Origin: Auanema rhodensis
Taxonomy: Eukaryota; Animalia; Nematoda
Assembly: GCA_964057225.1 (NCBI GenBank)
Contig: OZ059895.1
Coordinates: forward strand, 8,742,001 to 8,806,000
DNA length: 64,000 nucleotides
Reading direction: 5' to 3'
The position numbers were made by a program, and so were the translations under genes. The notes beneath the pieces are model-generated. The model was not told where the DNA came from. It did no database searches and was given only the letters and a program-made list of their open reading frames with translations. The first letter of the stretch is position 1. Each line of letters begins with the position of its first letter. Below, piece by piece: positions 12,542-25,891 of this stretch.

Positions 12542-15500
12542 TCTCCTTTTCAACATTTTCTTCTAAATATTTCAAAGCAGCGTAACGAGACCATGTGTGG
12601 GCACCGAACAACAATCATATGGGTCTTATTTTCTCTTGTCGCCTGTGCGTACCTGTTCTGCCCTCCGGCGGCTTTCATTTCACCTGTCCCTCAGCATTTA
12701 TCATACTTTTTTTTCGTTTCTTTGTTGAAAAAGTCTTTCTTTATGAACATCAAACCGTTTCGGAGATCTCCTGTTTGCCCTCCTAGGTTTGCTCGATTGC
12801 GCTGGCTTTTTCAAGTCGTCAATTCTATTTTTTATGTATTGAAGATATTTTTTGAAACAATCTTTATTTTCTATAAAATTGATGTTTTTGAACACTTTTT
12901 TTGAGTTTCATCGACAAAAATTTCAAATTCAAAGTCAAAGTTTAGTACGCTTGGTTTGTTGAGTTTGACTAAGCACTCCTATCGATTTTTGTCTTTGTTA
13001 TAAATCCAATCTAAACTACTATTACCATAATGAGAGGAAAATCAATATTTTCCGCATTTTCGTGAAATCTCTAGATGCTTTGTTTTGATTTTTCTGTCAT
13101 CCTCTGCCATTTTGAACCATCTGAAAGTGAAAGAATGAATTAAAAAACCGATTCTACTACCCAGGCCGAAATACGCCGCTCACTCCTAGTCACATCCGTC
13201 TGCCAGCAATATGTTTGTGTCGACTTTGTCGTCTTCTTTTTCGTGTAAATCGTCTTTTCCATGTTTGTCTTTCTTCTGATCATTTCGAACTTTTTGTGAC
13301 ATAACTGACATCAAATGATTTCCTTGCAAGCAATGAGTGCACTGAATCACTTTCATGAATTTAATAGACGGGCTTGAAATAAATAATTTCCCACCAATTC
13401 TCATAAAGTTATAAATGTTGATTCGGTTTTTTTTTGTTGGAAAAAACGACTGCTTAAGACATGCTGACAAAGAATCCGTGCTTTTGGGGCTGCTTCTTGC
13501 TTGATAATCGCCATCATTTATCTGATTAACAGTTATTCAGAAAGACGTCTTCTCAAGAAAGCCTTTCTTTCATATCCATTGCCCATTTTCCAAACAGCTT
13601 CATGCTTCATCATGCCTGTTCTTAGTAGTGGTCGCAGATGTCTATGTCGTCGTTCATGTTCTTTTTTTCGAAGAGAATCTCAAGACTACAAGATTCTTTA
13701 CTATCGTCATGGTGTTGTCGTTAGTGTCCTCTCAAGTTCTGTTTTTTCACAGATCTTTAGGGTGGTCCACTTCTCTTTTCTAATCAATTTTCTTATGTGG
13801 TTTTAATCCACGTATTTGAAAATTGAATAGGTTTTATTTTCTTTACTGTCCCGTTAATACGAGTTTACCTGTAATCTCCCTTTCCTGAACTCTCATGAGG
13901 ATTTATTATGAAATTTCAACTGATCTGTAAACCTCAAGTCTACCTACTTTGTCGGTTGGTTTGGCCATGTATGGTCGACGAAAAGCAAGGTCGTTTGGGC
14001 AAAAACGCACAGCGTGAGAACGTCGCTTTCGACAGCATTCTCTTTTCTTTTTCCAACTGTTGATTTCTTTTTTTATCACCAACCTCTCTGATCGCTGATG
14101 GCCCCCAACATGTCTGGATAAGAAAAAATGTATTATTCTTTTGACATGAATTGCCTTGAGGTGTAAAAACATTTAAAGCATTAATAAGAAATTAGTCTGG
14201 ATTTCAGATTTGTAGTACTTATACATTTTCTCATATGATTACGTTTTCTTTGCATAAAACTGATTATAGTGCTTATACTAATTCTGCTGGCTATTGATAG
14301 AATGTTACACCTTATACTTAGAATATTGTCGTTAGCTGATAATATCTTGGCGGGAGATGATGATGTGACTGTCTGCGTGTGGGGACTGCGGGACAGTATG
14401 CCTTCACCGTTGTTCTCTTATTTTTGTCGCCGCGTGCCGCGTAGTGAATTCAGACTTGCGTTAATGTTCGAAGCTTGGTCTTTCAAGAACAATGGATTAG
14501 CACATATCTGCGGATGACTGAGATAGTGGGACTATAAAGAAAGTACATTGAAAGTCTTGTATGTCAATTTATTCACAGAAACTATATTTGAACTTCAACT
14601 GGATTTCCTCACTTCAATTGCCATCAGAATAGTGTGTCGACCTGAATGCTAGTTATTAAGGTTAGGGAGGAAATAATTAGCCGCATCGTATGGTTTGAGC
14701 GATCAAGGTTAACTTTTATAGTTGAAATCCGGTCATTCTACTGGATGAACCATAGCAAGCTTTTATCGTTTCTGTCCACTTGCTCTTTGAAATCTTGCTT
14801 GATCTTAGACCTGGTGTCGGCTTCGATCTGTCTGTCACTGTTTCTGTATCGCAGGCGTTTCATTTGTCGAGTTCTCTTCTAGTTGATCGTACATAACCGG
14901 CCTTATTCAGTACATGATCCGCGGCTTTGAACATTGTGGTTTTAACTGGTTTCTCTGTTGAAATAATGCTCTATGAATAGGCAATAAGTGAAAGCTTATT
15001 GAGCTCAATCTCAATTTTCTAAAATGTCATGAAGATATTTGGTTGCGGACGTCTTGTAGCTGTAAATCATTAAAATCAGTTCTAAATCTTTGAAATACTA
15101 GCTGTTCTTTGTGTTGATTCAACCGACATGACCTTATATGGGTATGATTTGTTACTTAGAGGTTGCGTGAGCTGAATGTGCCATCGTTCAACTGCATATA
15201 CACAAAGAGTCGGCTTTTTTTAGCCTGCGCAAACAGTGATCTCACTTAAGCCGGATAGGCACAAAGAGAGTGAAAGGAGAAATTTCTCAGAGCGATGAAG
15301 GCTAAGAAAGAGACAGTGGATACATAGCGAAACATTGCCATCATGCTGTTTCTTGCACCTGTCTTAAGGAAAATCTGCATGATCGCAAATTTATTTGTTT
15401 CTAATACTTATTTATATTTTTATTTCCTTTCTATCCTTTTTCAAAGTAGCATCTTTTATAAAGCGCATCTTAATCCTGGTCTGACCTTACTTTGGTATGA

Positions 15501-15670
15501 TCTGCAATTGCTGTTAGAAATCATTTTGACCCGGAATTATTCAACCTCCTTTCAAATTTAACTTCTTCTCAAGTCGAAAAAATTTACTTTAAACCCACCA
15601 TTGATCTAGGTGCGCTCCTCTCTACCAGTGCAATTCTATATACTTTCCCGGTCATTGGGGGCGTTCATGT

Positions 15671-15692
15671 TTTGAAATTTGAATTTCCCGCC
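15671..15692. promoter_or_regulatory. Composite E2F/CHR (DREAM-type) element
   Basis: TTTGAAATTTGAATTTCCCGCC; the reverse strand reads GGCGGGAAATTCAAA, a CDE/E2F site adjoining a CHR-like hexamer. It lies ~2 kb upstream of the distal mex-3 exon. Confidence 0.5.
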
Positions 15693-17777
15693 TTTTTTGT
15701 TAATGCTCTTTTTCTCTAGCTGCGGCAAATTCATAGGTCTCTAGTTCTCTAATACCTCTTTTTCACTCTCCGACACCTTCGTGTTCTTTGTCTGCCTGCA
15801 ATCTTTTGTCGGTATGTCCTCCCTTCGACCAATCCAACTTGTCGTCTGACTATGGCTCTTCGGTGCCTTCGTGATTGTCACCGTAATCGCTATGTGAAAT
15901 TTTATTCTAAGAAATTTATTTTGCATTTTTTTTCTGATCTCATGATTTTGTTACAAATCGTGTAAGAATCTCAACTCTGCTATAAGTTGCAATTTTCTCA
16001 ACTTACACAACTTGTACGTATTGATGTTACATTGGTTGCTCTCTTCTCTCTTCATCTTACTTCCTATCTCTTTACATATTTATCTTCTCTGTTCATTGTG
16101 TGTTTCACCCTTTTTAATTTTAAATATTATCTTTTGGTGATTTATTTGATTGTTTAGTATAAATAACCGCTTTTGTTCAAATTTGTTTCATTTTTTTAGT
16201 TACTATGTTTTCTTTTGAGTAACCAATCTGATGAATAGGTTGTGCATGTGCGTACTACCTTGTCATAGACTGAACCATCTGTTTATTTGTTGTTTGCAGT
16301 TGCAATGTTACATCAGTTTCGTTTCTTTTCATACTCTTTTTTTTCCCTCATATTACTCCTTATCCAATGCTTCAGTGCCCGATCAGCTTGTCGACCATCG
16401 GTTGAGCAGTCTCTGACTCTCCCGGTTCTCTCTCGTTTTCTCTTCAAGACCGATCGTCACTAGATGGCACGGCAGCTTGGTCAGACGTTCTTTTACCCTG
16501 CTGCTGCTCTAGTCTCACACTCATGGGCAGCGGGTATTCGGCATCTTTGCTCTTGATACTCATCTGTTTAGTCAGGTTAACATGTTTCACTTTCCTAATC
16601 CTGGTTTTTGTCGTTTTCATTTTCTTCTATTTCTGCGATTTTAAGACATCCAAGCAAAGTTTTGTTTCTTTCTATAGTTTATATTAGATATTATTTGTTT
16701 AATATATGTATGTAGTAGGGTTTGGCAAGAATATAACAGTTCTTGAAAGAAGAATTCTTCGGATTAGTTTTATGGACAAACGACAGCATAAATCTAAAGA
16801 ACAGACTCTGTAATTTCATATGGCCTTCAACATTTAGCGAAAACCTGAAAGGGACCATATGTTTGGTTCCATTTCTTCTTTCTATGCTAAATGGTTTTAT
16901 CCAAAAAGTAAAAACGCGATGTCTGAAGTCGTTTGAATATATTGAAGCACATTTTCAATTTTTTAAACTTTTTTTAATCTTCCAGTTAATTTGTTGTACA
17001 CATTTGATAATTCAATCATTTACCTTCCCATATTATTAGCTAGTAAGAGAAAAAAGACAATGGTAGCGACAACTAGAATGACTTCTCTCTATAAAGGCAA
17101 ATATGTGGCGGTGTGACTTTTGTATATCTCAATTATACCATTAATGGTGAACATAAATTTGTCAGTTGAAGGCTCTCTCCGCGGCTCTCTATGGCATAAT
17201 TACGATTTACAGAAGAACAGTAGAGAAATAAAAATAATAGATGTTTTTAATATCCCTTTTGATATAGCCATTTTTATTTTAATTTTAGTAATCGTGTAGT
17301 ACAGGCAGTATTTATCTTCATTTTTCCAGTGTTATTGTTGCAAATATTTTCTTGTAATCAGTGTTTCTTCTTTGTTCCAAAGTATTTCGAAGTATTACAT
17401 TTATTATGCTTTTCTTTGCTTTTCTTTCTATTGATAATCTCCACAGTTTCTACAGAGTTTTGTTTAGTCATAACTAATCATCATTAAGCTCGGTATTAAA
17501 CTGCCTTTTCACATTTTATTTGCAATCGGCTTTTTGCTTCTGTTAATCTACTATAATGGTTTTCTAAAATATTATTCGAGTATTCTTGCTTTTGTGTTAT
17601 GTAGCTATTTTTCTTGCTATTGTCATCATATTCACTTTATAATATTAAGTATATTTTTTTAGATCTCGCAGGGGCTGGTCTCCTCTCTACAATCCAGCTT
17701 CAACAGACTTCTAAGATTATTATAGTCAGTGCAAGAGTTTACCTTAGAGAGCGAATCTAATACGTTTCAACTGCATA

Positions 17778-17961
17778 ATGAGTACTCTTTCTCAACATCA
17801 GTTACCAACTCCAACTCCAACTCAGCCATGTCTGTCAATTTTTTCTTCGCGTACTAGCGAAGAAGGATTTCACTCGGGATCTTCACAAGACGAAACATCA
17901 TCGAATCATGGAGTTGATCGACTGGCATTCGAATTAAACAATTTTGGCGTATCTCAAAAAA
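17778..17961 (+). CDS. mex-3: Probable distal alternative first coding exon of mex-3
   Basis: Acceptor tttttttag ends at 17662, ATG at 17778, 61 open codons (MSTLSQ...GVDRLAFELNNFGVSQK), strong donor GTAAGT at 17962 in phase 1. This is in frame with the phase-1 KH1 exon at 26377 but hits TGA if joined to the exon at 25891. Confidence 0.6.
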
Positions 17962-20900
17962 GTAAGTTTCTTAGCATATAGTTCAATCATAGACGGAATT
18001 ACATAATATGTCCCTAAAATATTGTTAAATCGAAGTGCATAGTTTTTTCTATAGGTTAAGATAGTCTATGTCTCGATTCCTGTCCAATATGACATTGATA
18101 ATATTTCGAGTTAGTTTGTGAAATTACAGTAGTATATTTAATGGTTAGATCCTATATTAACGATGTGTTCGTGCACCCTTCTATTCTGTTGAATATGGCC
18201 AAAGGGGGATATACGCGGAACAAGTAACTGGTATCATTTTGTTTGGCTACTCAATCGTCTGCTAGTTATTTTCACTTACGAGTTGTCGAAGCTCGTCTTT
18301 ATGCGTTCGTAATACATCCTTACTTGTTTCCACTTGGTTCAGTGGCGTAAATAGTTACTGTTTGCCGTAGTACTTTAAGATATTTATCAAGCAACTTTTG
18401 TTATTTTGGAACTTTTAATACAATTTTTTCGTTTCTTATCAGCAATTTTTCGTTATTTTGTTCCGTGGGATTATCTCGTATTTGAAAGTTTGGCTACACA
18501 GTAATTAGCATATATGCTAATTGGTTTGACATGCAGTATGAAAGTTTTCGGTCAATTTTAATAGAAAATTTAGTAAAATTGTCAGAGCACTTCATATGGC
18601 TTACGTGACAGATATTCAACGTATATTCTTGATCTTGATTCAAACATGGAGTTTGTTTCTATGTTCTTAAATGATATTCACAAGACTATTGATTAAACAG
18701 AAATATATTTATCAAAATCTTATGTAAATTTACATTTTAATTTAAAGAAAATAGAAGAATTTTTTATTTCATAAGTTTTATTACAGGAATAGCTTACGGA
18801 CAACAAAAGTGCAATTCTGATAGTGGTGCATCCAGTGCTGAGCTTGAGCAAAACACGTTAGTTTTTTTGAATGATAGTATTTGGAAGATTTAACAAATTT
18901 CTTCGGGTATTGCTTGTATACATATGTCTGCTGTCACGGTCGCATGTATCGTGGTGTTTATCACTTATTTTTCGTGACCTTACCTACTTTCGATTATGTC
19001 CCTGGAGTTTCTATAGTTGTTCTTGTAATATGTCTAGGAAGTCCTTTATATCTCACTTTATCTCATTTCGGCTTGGTACGCAGGATTATGATCAATCCTT
19101 TCCTATAATATAGGGATCATGAAAGCATCACATCTTTTTTACGTTACTATATCTGTTGTGATCGTAATGATTCTCAATGAGTGATCATAGGGCGCTAGTG
19201 TTTTTATTTATTTCATATATATTTCCAATGTCAAACCGTATTGGAAATTCTATCAATTGCCCGGTTAGTAACATCTGCTCTACCAACATTTGTACCTCTT
19301 CACAATTTTCTCTTTCTTTGGCCTCTCTTCTTTTCTATGCATGCTTTTCGACTTTGCAGCTGGGTAGTTGTTGTCGTCAAATAATTGAAAATCAAGCCTG
19401 TCTTGATAATGATAATCTTCGTCTGCTGCTTCTATGTAGAGTAGGGAGTATCTGTTTTTTTCAGTAGCAAGAGAAAAAAATTTACATTCATTCCATAACA
19501 AATCAAAACTAATTTTCAATGTGATAAGATACTGGATAGCATTTTTAGTATATCCTTGTTCTATTTCATTTGTCAAATTAAAAACTCCCTGGATTGCGTT
19601 TTTATAATACCATGAATGAAGGTATTAGTCCAACAGCGTGGTCGTAACTCTTATTGCATGACATATGGTCAAATCCGGATGTTGAACGGTCATCATGCTG
19701 AGTCCACTCAGCCAGGTGCTCCGGTCTATCTAAATCATTTGAAGGTTTTAGTGGGAGACAGATGATCGACAGACTGTATAGACTGTTAATGGTGCTCTAT
19801 TAATCGTTTTTCGATTTTGTTCTTTTTATTTTTGCCCCACCAAGATCTTGATTACAAAAATGTCCAGAGAATACAGTGAAAGTTCGTTTATTTCTCGAGT
19901 TAGTAGATATTTAATTTCTTTCTATGTTCCAATATTGCAATACAGTTTCAATAAAATAACAATTTACATTGGAGTCAGTCATTTCCTAACGTTTCCTCTC
20001 AGTTGAGTTTCAGTATTTCCTTGATAGAATTTGTTTCGAAAAGAGATTGTGCTGCTTTTTATAATCTTCATATCTTTTCAATTTTTTCCTAAGCGCCACT
20101 GATATGCAACCCGATTCTCTCATGAGCAGATGCCATTTCTGTTTCGTCTGTTTTTTATGCCTTGTTCTCTTTTACCATCACACTCTCTGCCTTATGCTCA
20201 CTCATACTTATGCTTTTGTTTAACATACCGAACAGATGGTCTTTTTGTATATGTCGTCTCCTATATTCATCCTTTTCTGCGTTAGTTTCTGCCCTTTCAA
20301 GCATTTTTTTTCGATGTTTCATCTGCAATGGGCTTGTTTATGTTTATTGAAATGTGTAGAAAGCATATTAAAATATGTTGAAAATATATACTTCTAAAAG
20401 GCTGGGATAGTCTGTTGAACCTAGTTGGCAAATGCTATTTAAACGGTCTTGCGGCTAATTTTGTTGGTCTTAATTTAACCAGAGCTTTGCCGGCTGGCCA
20501 ACAGCTGCCATAGACAGAAGCCAGATGATGATGCCATATTAGGAAATAAAGAGATCTTGGGTCTGAAGAATTGAGAGAGTACAAACAATAACATGTGCGC
20601 GATGGAAGTGGCAGATAAGAAAGATAGAAGTGAATTGACGAAGGTATCTCAGGCGATCTGTTGCTTGCAATGACATATTTCTTTCTTTTTCTATATCAAC
20701 TTCAGTACGTGAGCCAACTCAACTGGTCTGATGACCATTGTAGACCGCTTCAATTAGAGACCCTTAGCGACTTCCTCTCCTCTGATTCTCTATCCCTCTT
20801 TCTTCTATCTCTCGCTCGCAGTTCTGATCCTCTCTCTTCTTTTCACTATATTTCTAATTCGACCCTTTCATTTGTTAATGCCACTCTTCCAAGCAAGCAA

Positions 20901-23900
20901 CCATTCACTCATTCATTCATTCATTCATCCATCTATCCATCTATCCATCGTTCGTAATTATTCACCCAATTAACGCGCACCGCCTTCAGTATCAACCCCA
21001 TTGAGAGGTTCAACAATTACTAATCATTTTCACTCATAATTATTAAAATTCGATTTCACTTCTATTTGGAATATCGAAGATCAATGTCTGGATGTTGTGA
21101 TGATTGGCTGATTTATGAATCTATCTCATTTTTATTTTTTTCTTAATCTTAATTATTTTTGTTTGTAATGCTTTTTATAATGTATTCTCAGCTAGTTCTT
21201 CAAATATCTAATTTACAACAATGTGCCAAGTTTCGAATTAATAGAGATATTTGCATTTTCATAGCCTCTTTTATGCTCAAACAAAACAGAATTTTTTTTC
21301 GATTATGCGCTACGCATTTATTTTTTGATTGAAATTTCGAAATACTTCATAACTTTTACAACAATAATCGTATTATCCGTATCAATGTTCGCGCGCTTAA
21401 ATATTTTTACGTAGAAATGTTCATTTTGAGCTTTCTCGTTATGCTGCAGTAGAAAATTCATATTGAGGAAAATGGAGAACTGAGAGAAAGAGAGAAAAGA
21501 AGTATGTAAGGCATGGGAAAGACGGCAGGACAAGCTAGAAGAGGAATGTTAGAGAAAAAAGAAAAAGAGACACTATTGGTGAATCTGGTGTGCTTATCTA
21601 ATTCTAGCAGTGATGCAAGAAGGCCAAACTTTGGCGTGGGCTCAAGATAAAGCTAAGAATCGTTACTGGCTGGCAAGTCATTTGGCATTCAAGATTTAGC
21701 ATCCATCTCTGGGGGAAAGCAGTTTGAATCGACATAGTTTCAAGTGATCTGCAAGTGTGGAAACGGAACAAATATTAAATTCTAGAAAGTTTTTGAATTG
21801 CTCTCATTTTGTTGATACACGCAAAACGCGTAAATTCAGTCATTCTGCCTAAAAATTAAGGTAATAAATAGTCATTTTTCTATGCTCTCTTGTTTGCGGG
21901 AGTAAACAAGTCAACGTTTGGTTTGAGCGACGAAAGATTCTTCTGGTATTCACACTCAGAACCGCCGTTGACGGACCTTTGCTCTTCTGTTTCTCTGTCT
22001 CTGTCTTTCAAAGCCGTCTTCGCCTTGTTGCTCGGCTTGGTGCTTGGTCGCCGTGCCGTTTCGGCTTGTTTGTCGCAGTCCTTAGTCTGACTGGCCAAAG
22101 AGGGACAGCCATTGGGATAGAGATAAAAAAGAACAGAATTTCAAAGACTCCTGCTCGAGTTTTTTTGCTCATGATCATGAATTAGCTGGGTTGTCTGTTC
22201 AGGCCCTGTCCCTGGTAGCGCCGCAGTGACGTGACGTTTTTTTGCAGAAACTGCCTCTGCGTCTATTCATTCCATAGTTTTGTAAATTCTTTCTCTTGCA
22301 ATATCCCTTTTCAAATTAATATGCTATTCTTAACATTGAAATAAAACAGAAGCATTGTTTTTCCTCAATAGACATGTGAGAGCAAGAATCACTTTTAAAT
22401 GGCATCTTCATCATGAAAAAGCTGCAGTGCGCTTCTGATTTTAACACGTTCGGCCATAGACCATCAGTAAAAGTTGAATCCGGCGAAGCTGTTTAACTCT
22501 TCGTCGTCGAATCGAATTTTGCAGTGCCACTAACATTTTTCAATCTTTTTTGCTACTCTACTGATCATAAATAACATTCTGCGAATCTTAAGTTTATATT
22601 ATATAAGTGGTCTGTAATTAATTAGTTTTCATCAATGCTATCCTGATGTTCAGTACCTCTGCTCTCTCAGGCATGTTGCAATTTCAGAATTGCATAAACA
22701 TGAATATCACTTTTCTGTATGTTTGTAATAGTAGTAGCTTCTCTGATTTCCTCCATTCAAATTTGAAGTTGTCTGATCTTCTCCGTTCAATAACTTTGCG
22801 TGTATATTGTATGGATGACTGTTTGAAAATGTTCGTTTTTTTCTTTATTGCGCTTATCATTCTAAGATTTTTAGTTCATAACTTAAACATTGCAATACTT
22901 GCGATGATTCTTGAAAATATCCAGATATCGAAAAATTATTATAATAGTTTATTTCAAATGGTGAGAGGTGTTTTACATTTTGACTTCTTCATTATGGAAG
23001 TTCCCGCTGTTCATGCCACTATTTTCCAGCCTTTTCTTACTGACATAATAACATATTCAATGTCATATTGCTTTTAATCCTTTTGTTTCTCAGTGAATCA
23101 TTCTTTTTGAGATTATTATTTCTATGAAGACAGGTAAGGAAGATTCTCCTTATTTCCCTTAAGCATTTGTCTTTTTTTGGTACACTTTATTGTTAGGTTG
23201 TGTTAATCCTACCATTCACACCTTCTTTATTCTCTGACAATTTTTGGTTAAAACTTCTTTGGAATTTACCGCATATTCCTGGATGGTAAATGCTTGTATC
23301 CCACTTCCCGATTCATCGACTGATTCTTATAATTCAACCATTATCATGTTCCAGATAATATAGTTTAATGTATATATTTTGGTCTGTCTTGGTTTTCACC
23401 ACAAGTTCTGTTTCAAGTATGGGCGGCAAAATTCCCGCCCCTAAATCGGTCAATAATATTACTTCTAATAACTAAACTATTTTTCTCTATATGTATATAT
23501 TATTTATGCTTATAATGAATCCGTAGTTAAATTTTATAGGGAACAATTTTTTTTGCTAATGACACTTATTTCTATATGATTAAAAATAAGTTCGCGCTTA
23601 ATTCACTAGGTTGTTTTTTATTTTTATCAATATGTTCATTTTCATTTCGATTCAAGCCCTCTGTAGAGAACTCAGTCGTGTCTTTTTCTTCTAGCCCCAG
23701 CTTGTGCATCATTGGTTATGTAAAAATAGCCACCAAATATGGATTAGCCCTCTGAGTGAATAGCCCTCGTTTGGAATGACGAAATGAAAAGAGAGATGGA
23801 ATGGAGTTGTGAATTGAGATACTTTTCACTTTATCCAATCTTTTTTTAACGTAAGATTTTGACTGAGGGTAAATTCCGAGTATGATATTGCCCAATAGCA

Positions 23901-25891
23901 TAAATCTGCTAACTATTCACAAGATACTTTTAACCTAAAGGTTAGCAATCTCTGTTCACATGTTCATAACTTATAAGCATTTCTCTTACTCGGAGAAGTG
24001 TGCATCGTGGCTGTGTGTGGTGTCGGTGGAATTAACGACCATAAAGGAACCGACGCCGGACAACTTGCAATATCTCTGTCATATTGCCAGTTAATACTGG
24101 CATTTGGTTGACGGCTCAAGTTTATTGCTGGCTAGTTGCTAATCGCTTCGTGTCTTTCATAGTTTTCCTCTAGTACCTCTGTTCAAACGACCTTTTTTTC
24201 CATATTTCTCATCTGTGTTTCCTCTCTCCTTTCTCTGCACCCTCATGGTCTCTTGGTTGGGCCAAAAGTCGTATTTTGGGCTTCACGGCTTTTTTGGCTG
24301 TGAGAATTACTATAATGAATAGGTGAAAAGAATAAGATGCTTTGTTAAGGGGTTTTGCTAACGGGAGCCTAAGCGTTAGCTATAGGACCTTAAGTTGGTT
24401 TGATAGTACTCTCATGTGCCTACTTGCTGACCCTCTCATAGTTCATGGTAAACCGTTCACAGCGGGAGTACCACAAGAAGAGGGAGGAGACATACTAGCG
24501 ACCTGTTTTGGACGCGCAGTTAAGCTCCACCTCTTAGCTCCTCCTGCTTGGTCGTCAGTATGGAGCATATCTTACTCATTGGCTATCCTTAGTTACGCTC
24601 GCAAACCAAATTCAGTGTTAGCGTGATCTTTAACTGGATGTGTCATGTTTTCTTTTTTTGATGATGCTTAAGTCAAGTTAGGCGCTGGGGATGTATCGAT
24701 TATGTGTGAGTGGAGGAGGCTGGCATGGGCCTCGGCCGTCCTGCCTCTCGCTCGTTCCCGCCTTCTGCTGGCTTGCTGGCCGGCAGAAAACCTTCTACAG
24801 AGTGGCCGGCGATCTGCAAGATGTTGTATAAGCAACATTATTCCTCCCAATCAATGATTTCTTGCTGTTCTAGACATCTATATTTCCTATTAGAGTTGTT
24901 AATTATACCTATCACATTTGCAGTAAAAAGTGCTAATTGTCCTATTCTTATATATAAGTTACATTTTCCTCATTCCTTCATTACGAAATATTTTTGTATC
25001 ATCGAGCTTTTAACCTTCGCATACACCATTCTGTTCTACCTTATGCACGATGTCGTTGTCGCCGTTACTCGAGTCCATTATTCCTTCATTCTTCGTCTCA
25101 CTTACACATACGTTTGTCCCCTTCAATGATTTAGCGTTCTCTCTTTTCTTTTCTTTTTCTCTCTGTTTGAGTCTGTCCAAAAAGCGCGCTCTTCTTCCTC
25201 TCCTCTTTCCATTGACATCCATCCACGTTTTCTGCCATCAGCTTCTATTCGAAAGCATGAAATTTGATCTTCACTTGGTTTTCATCTTATTCTTTCCTCC
25301 ATATCTCCCGTTTGGTCGACCCTCAAATCGACACAGAATCTGTACCATTTATTCTGTTGCTTTAAGTATAGCATTGCCCTGTTGTTAACTTTCCACTACT
25401 ATTACAGGCTTGGTAAAGACCTCTAAAATTATGCTATTTGTTTGTACTCTGAATCAAAGTTGTTATAGCATGCTTGTTATTTCTTCTTCTTGCCTCCTCT
25501 ATTTTTCGTGTCAATTGCCGGCCTCGACGACTGTCAGTCTGTCCATTGTCGGCCGTCCATCCGTCTGTCTGTCTGTCGTTTGGATGGTTAGTTGGATCGG
25601 CCTATCTCCTTCACCCCTCGCCAACAGTTTGAGTAACTGCGCTCCCTCTACAATAGATCAATATATTTGAACTGGCGCCATCCGTGGATTCTTTGTTCCT
25701 AGGTTTTTTCCCCTGCTTTTGATCATAGAGTAAAAAAGATGTTTGTATTAATTTCCAAATATCTCCCGCCCTTGTTTTGTTATCTTTTCTATTACTGCTG
25801 ACATTTTATATGTTATCGTTTTCCACTTCATATTCTTATCAAGCTACCCTTTTTTTTCTTTATTATTTTTATATTAATGACATGTTTCAGA

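Noticed and set aside
21880-22098. Charged 72-aa minus-strand ORF in the mex-3 intron
   Set aside because: Non-ATG start, antisense to a pyrimidine-rich tract, no splice support.
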